Source: Chrysemys picta bellii
Taxonomy: Eukaryota
Reading direction: 5' to 3'
DNA length: 64,000 nucleotides
NCBI RefSeq assembly: GCF_011386835.1
Contig: NC_088801.1
Span: forward strand, 42,408,001 to 42,472,000
The position numbers were made by a program, and so were the translations under genes. The notes below the pieces were generated by a model. That model was not told where the DNA came from, searched no databases, and worked only from the letters and a program-made list of their open reading frames with translations. This document shows, piece by piece, positions 60,101-64,000 of the stretch (position 1 is its first letter; each line of letters starts with the position of its first letter).

Positions 60101-62820
60101 CAAGCAGTTGGTATTTCAGAAAAGAAATAAGGCTTTTAACAGTTTTTTCAGTAATATTGTTTCTTAAGATTCCGTGTATTCTTGTGGGGACTATATTTTA
60201 TTTTGTATATAAAAGAATAGGCACAATGCTGTGTTGTGTTAACAAAATGCTTCAGTCCAGACTATGCCTGAAAATGTAAATGATAAAGGTAGAAAATTAT
60301 TAATTGAGTGGATTATTTGCAAAAAGTAAATTATGAAAGATAGTTAAACCATAGATAGCCGAGTCTGGATCGTTGTATTTTCTTAGCACTCACAATAAGC
60401 CTTTGATTATTACTTCTTAGGCCTCTGTTTATTGCATTCTTCAGGGTGGGGTTGGGGCTAAGCCTCAGTTTTTCTGCCCCTACCAGCTTCCCAAAGAGTT
60501 ATCAGCTCATGTTGATGAAAGAAAAGAACTCCTCTGGTGAAGCAGTATTTAAGATGAGATGGCAGCATAAACAATTTAAAGTGACCTCGAATTTTCGTTA
60601 TCTTAGTTCAGAATATATATTGTGGTAACTTTTAGAAAGAATGCCAATGCTAATGAGTTCTGCACATTACTAGCAGCAAACAAATACAATTAAAGGTAAC
60701 ATACTACTAAAGCCTTGCATAAATATTGACTGAGGAATAACAATTAACAGGACTGTTTTAATATTTTAGAACCACTTTCCTGTAATATGTTCATACATTT
60801 AGACATTAAAGAAAGACACCTGAGATTTTCTCAAATACAGGCTATGTTGTCAGGTGAAATATTCCGTACTTTATTTTGCTAGAGGGGATAAAAGATGCAT
60901 TTAAAAAAAAACGCATAAAAATACTAAGGGTACCAGTAGAGAAGTTGTAGCAGCCCCATTATAGCATTGATCAAAACGACATGTTACTTCCCATCTTGCA
61001 AAAGATAAAATACAGATTTACATTCAACAAATTGTTTATAGCTTTTGTATCCGAACAAAAATATTGATTATATGGAGAACTTTTCATTTGGATACATTTT
61101 CCAGACCAAACAGTTTGATAGGAAAATACTGAAATCTGAAATAAGTTTTGCATGCTAATACATAAACAATACATGGGTTGTAATGAAAACCAAACCATAT
61201 AAATGGTCTCAGATTGATTCGATTGACAATAACTAACAAGAAACGTTGGGTGAAAGATTTTGAGCAGGGTAAAATTAATCAAAGAGTTAAGATAGGGTAG
61301 CTGACCTAAGCGTTTTTCTTTATAGTGCAAACTTAAGTTACTGAATGGTGTTAGTTATACTTTAACTTCCTAGGAATCTTTCAAGGAAAAAAGAGGCAGA
61401 ATTTACAATAGAGATGGAATTTTCTATTTTTTTCAGGTTCTAATTCGGGTTCAATCCATCATGTCAACTGGGGCTCTTTCACACTTTTGCGCCTGCGTGT
61501 CCAGAAAAAAAAAGGGGGGGGGGGAGTGGGGAGGTGGGTTTATCTTTATACCAAAATGGTATAGGAGGGTCACCAATCAAGCGTATTATGGATAAATATA
61601 TACACATATATGATAACAAAACAAATGATAATATGACAGTGCAGCTGGAAAAACAAAACAAAAAGAGAGGAAGGGGTATATGTGGTTTTAGAACACATTC
61701 TGGGAAACACAGGGGAGGAAAAAATGTATAGATACAATGCACAAAAGAAATACGGTATTTAATTAATTTCCATACATCTGGGATTTTTTAAACGATCTAA
61801 AGTTATACAATGATACTGGGGGACAATGTAACCTCACATTTTTCACTGAAAGACTAACACATTTATTTTTAATGGCTCAGGTGTTTTGACGTAAATGTAT
61901 TAAGCGTCAGTTCAAAGTTAAAAAATACTAGAACGAGGGTAAATTAAACAAATCCTGAAATGTGTTCCTAAAGTCTGGGCGATTGTTCGCACATTATTTC
62001 CGCCATTATCAGAGGATCTGTTCAGATTTGAAAGAGATGGGGCCCAATGCTCATCCCGTCACTTAAGTGATTTGATCTATGCTTTTTGGTTAGAGAGAAA
62101 GAAGGAAACCCTCAGAAAGACTTTGAGGGATTTGTCTGACTATTCAAGTAGATTAGGATTATTTTTAACGTATTTAATGTATTTTTCACACATTTATGTT
62201 CAGTGTAGCTTCTCAATCAATTTAATCCATAGTCTCCCTCTCTCTGCAAAGAGAAAAGATCTGAAAGGAAAGCGTGTGAAATTTACAGATGAAGGGTATG
62301 AAAGGAATCTGTATACCGGCCAAATCTTAGCATGTCTGAGCGTCAAAGTGTAGGACTGAGTGAATGAGTTCGTGTATGTGAGTCTATATGTAAGAATGTG
62401 AGGGAGTGTGTATACATGTGTGTTTGTAAGGGTGTGTGTGTGTGTGTGGCTAAAGGAGATGTCTGCCTTCCTGATAGTAGGGAGGGTTTTACAGCCTCCC
62501 TCTGCACGCGGGGCAGTGGTCACTTGCTGGTTTGAACTGGAGTAAAAGGCTGATTCTCTGTAACTTGCAATCTTTAAATCAAGATTTGAGGATTTCATTA
62601 TTCAGACAGAGGTGATGGGCCTGGGTGGGTGAGGTTCTATGGCCTGTCATGTGCAGGAGGCCAGACTAGATCAGGATAGTCCCTTCTGGCCTTAAAGTCT
62701 AGGAAATCACACCAGTTCTTCTCAATTAAAGTTTCTTTTGTCTCTTGCTGTTCCCCCCTAGGTGGCTTCCTAGGCAGTGAGTGGCCCAGGCCGAACACGT
62801 GAGCCGCTGGGACCCAGTCA

Positions 62821-63316
62821 ATGTTATTTGAGCAGGGTCCCCAGGCCTTGGCGATTCCAGAGAGCAAGATGCAGAAAACCGCTTACTACGATAACTCGGG
62901 GCTCTTCGGGGGCTACACCTACAGCAAAGCCGACGCCTACAGCTACAGCTCGGCCCACCAGCCTTATGCACAAGCCGCCCTGGACACAGACTACCCGAGC
63001 TCCGCCTGCTCCATCCAGAGCTCGGCTCCCATCCGAGCCCCAACCCACAAGAGCAGCGAGCTGAATGGCAGCTGCATGCGGACCAACGGCGGCAGCCAAG
63101 CAGGCAGTCAGCCCCCGGGTATAGGCGAGCAGCAGCAGCCGCCTGCGCTGCCTCCCTCCTCCCCACCGAATCCCACCAATGCGGCCCCCCCGAAAAAAAC
63201 CAAAGGCGGCCCCAATTCCTCCAGCTCTTCCACGGCCACCATTAGCAAACAGATCTTCCCCTGGATGAAAGAGTCCCGGCAGAACTCCAAGCAGAAAAAC
63301 CCCTGCGCCGCTTCAG
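62821..63316 (+). CDS. HOXD3: Homeobox protein Hox-D3, first coding exon only (homeobox exon is beyond the window)
   Basis: [32 protein letters not shown] start and hexapeptide [15 protein letters not shown]. Donor CAG|GTACCC at 63317. Upstream acceptor (pyrimidine tract + CCTAG|) at 62761. Confidence 0.94.
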
Positions 63317-64000
63317 GTACCCGACACGCTCCCCTCCCTGGGGTCACCCCTTCATGTCCCCCCAGTCCAGCTGTACCTGGTTCTGCTAAGCAGCACACTG
63401 ATCAGCCTGGCCAGAGCCCCTCCCCAGCAAGGCAGAGGGGCCAATGAAGCACGGGGAAAGAGTGCCCCTAAAATCTTTGACATGTCGACTCTGTGGCGTC
63501 TGGCATAGTTGAATGAGGGGCTCCTAAATCTGCGGCTCGGGGCCTGTTTCACTGTAAATAACAATTCTGTCTATTAGAACCCGAATTTGCGGGATGCTTT
63601 GGTCCCCTGCGATTTGATCGAGGCTTTTCGAGGAGGCAATGCAGTGCTACAGGGAGAGGCCACTGGCCTGGAGCACCAATGTATGGTTTACATTCCTGCT
63701 CGCCATTCGAGCCGTCTGACGTGCAGAGGAAAACAGCATTTCCTCGCCCTCCGTCTAAACGCTTCAATCTGTCGTTCCTTCTTGACTCCGAAATGGCTTC
63801 TAGTACGGAGCCTTTAGAAATGTAGACAGCACAAGCACTGAAAACCACGTATTCCTAACACTCATTCCTGGAAAGGTCCCCAGTCTTTTTTCCAGTAATG
63901 GGAGCATCTCTTCTGATTTGAAAGCGATAAAGCCAGTCCCCTGTCTGTTTTACTCTTGCTAGCAGTTCTGCTGGTTTACAATCCTGCCATTTGGCCTTTG

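Overview
Central part of a vertebrate HoxD cluster, all genes on the + strand: HOXD11, HOXD10, HOXD9, HOXD8, MIR10B, HOXD4 and the first coding exon of HOXD3. HOXD3 exon 2 lies beyond the window. Every complete gene can be spliced by eye through GT-AG sites into an intact homeodomain protein. The animal is a sauropsid, most likely a turtle; this is an inference from a CR1 3' tail and short palindromic repeats that resemble turtle repeats as I recall them. Recognisable regulatory elements include three DR5 retinoic acid response elements, the HB1 element of the Hox4 intron, E-box/CCAAT promoter modules, several CTCF-like motifs and miR-10/miR-196 sites. The most interesting unexplained structures are: (1) a gene-less Hox-type promoter plus first exon at about 30.9-31.4 kb, where paralogue groups 5-7 are missing, with a chain of orphan non-coding splice sites leading to HOXD3; (2) upstream ORFs butted against four start codons; (3) transposon relics confined mostly to the neighbourhood of HOXD8 and the D8-D4 interval. 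I found nothing I can call a wholly new system with confidence. All cross-species comparisons are from memory and were not computed.
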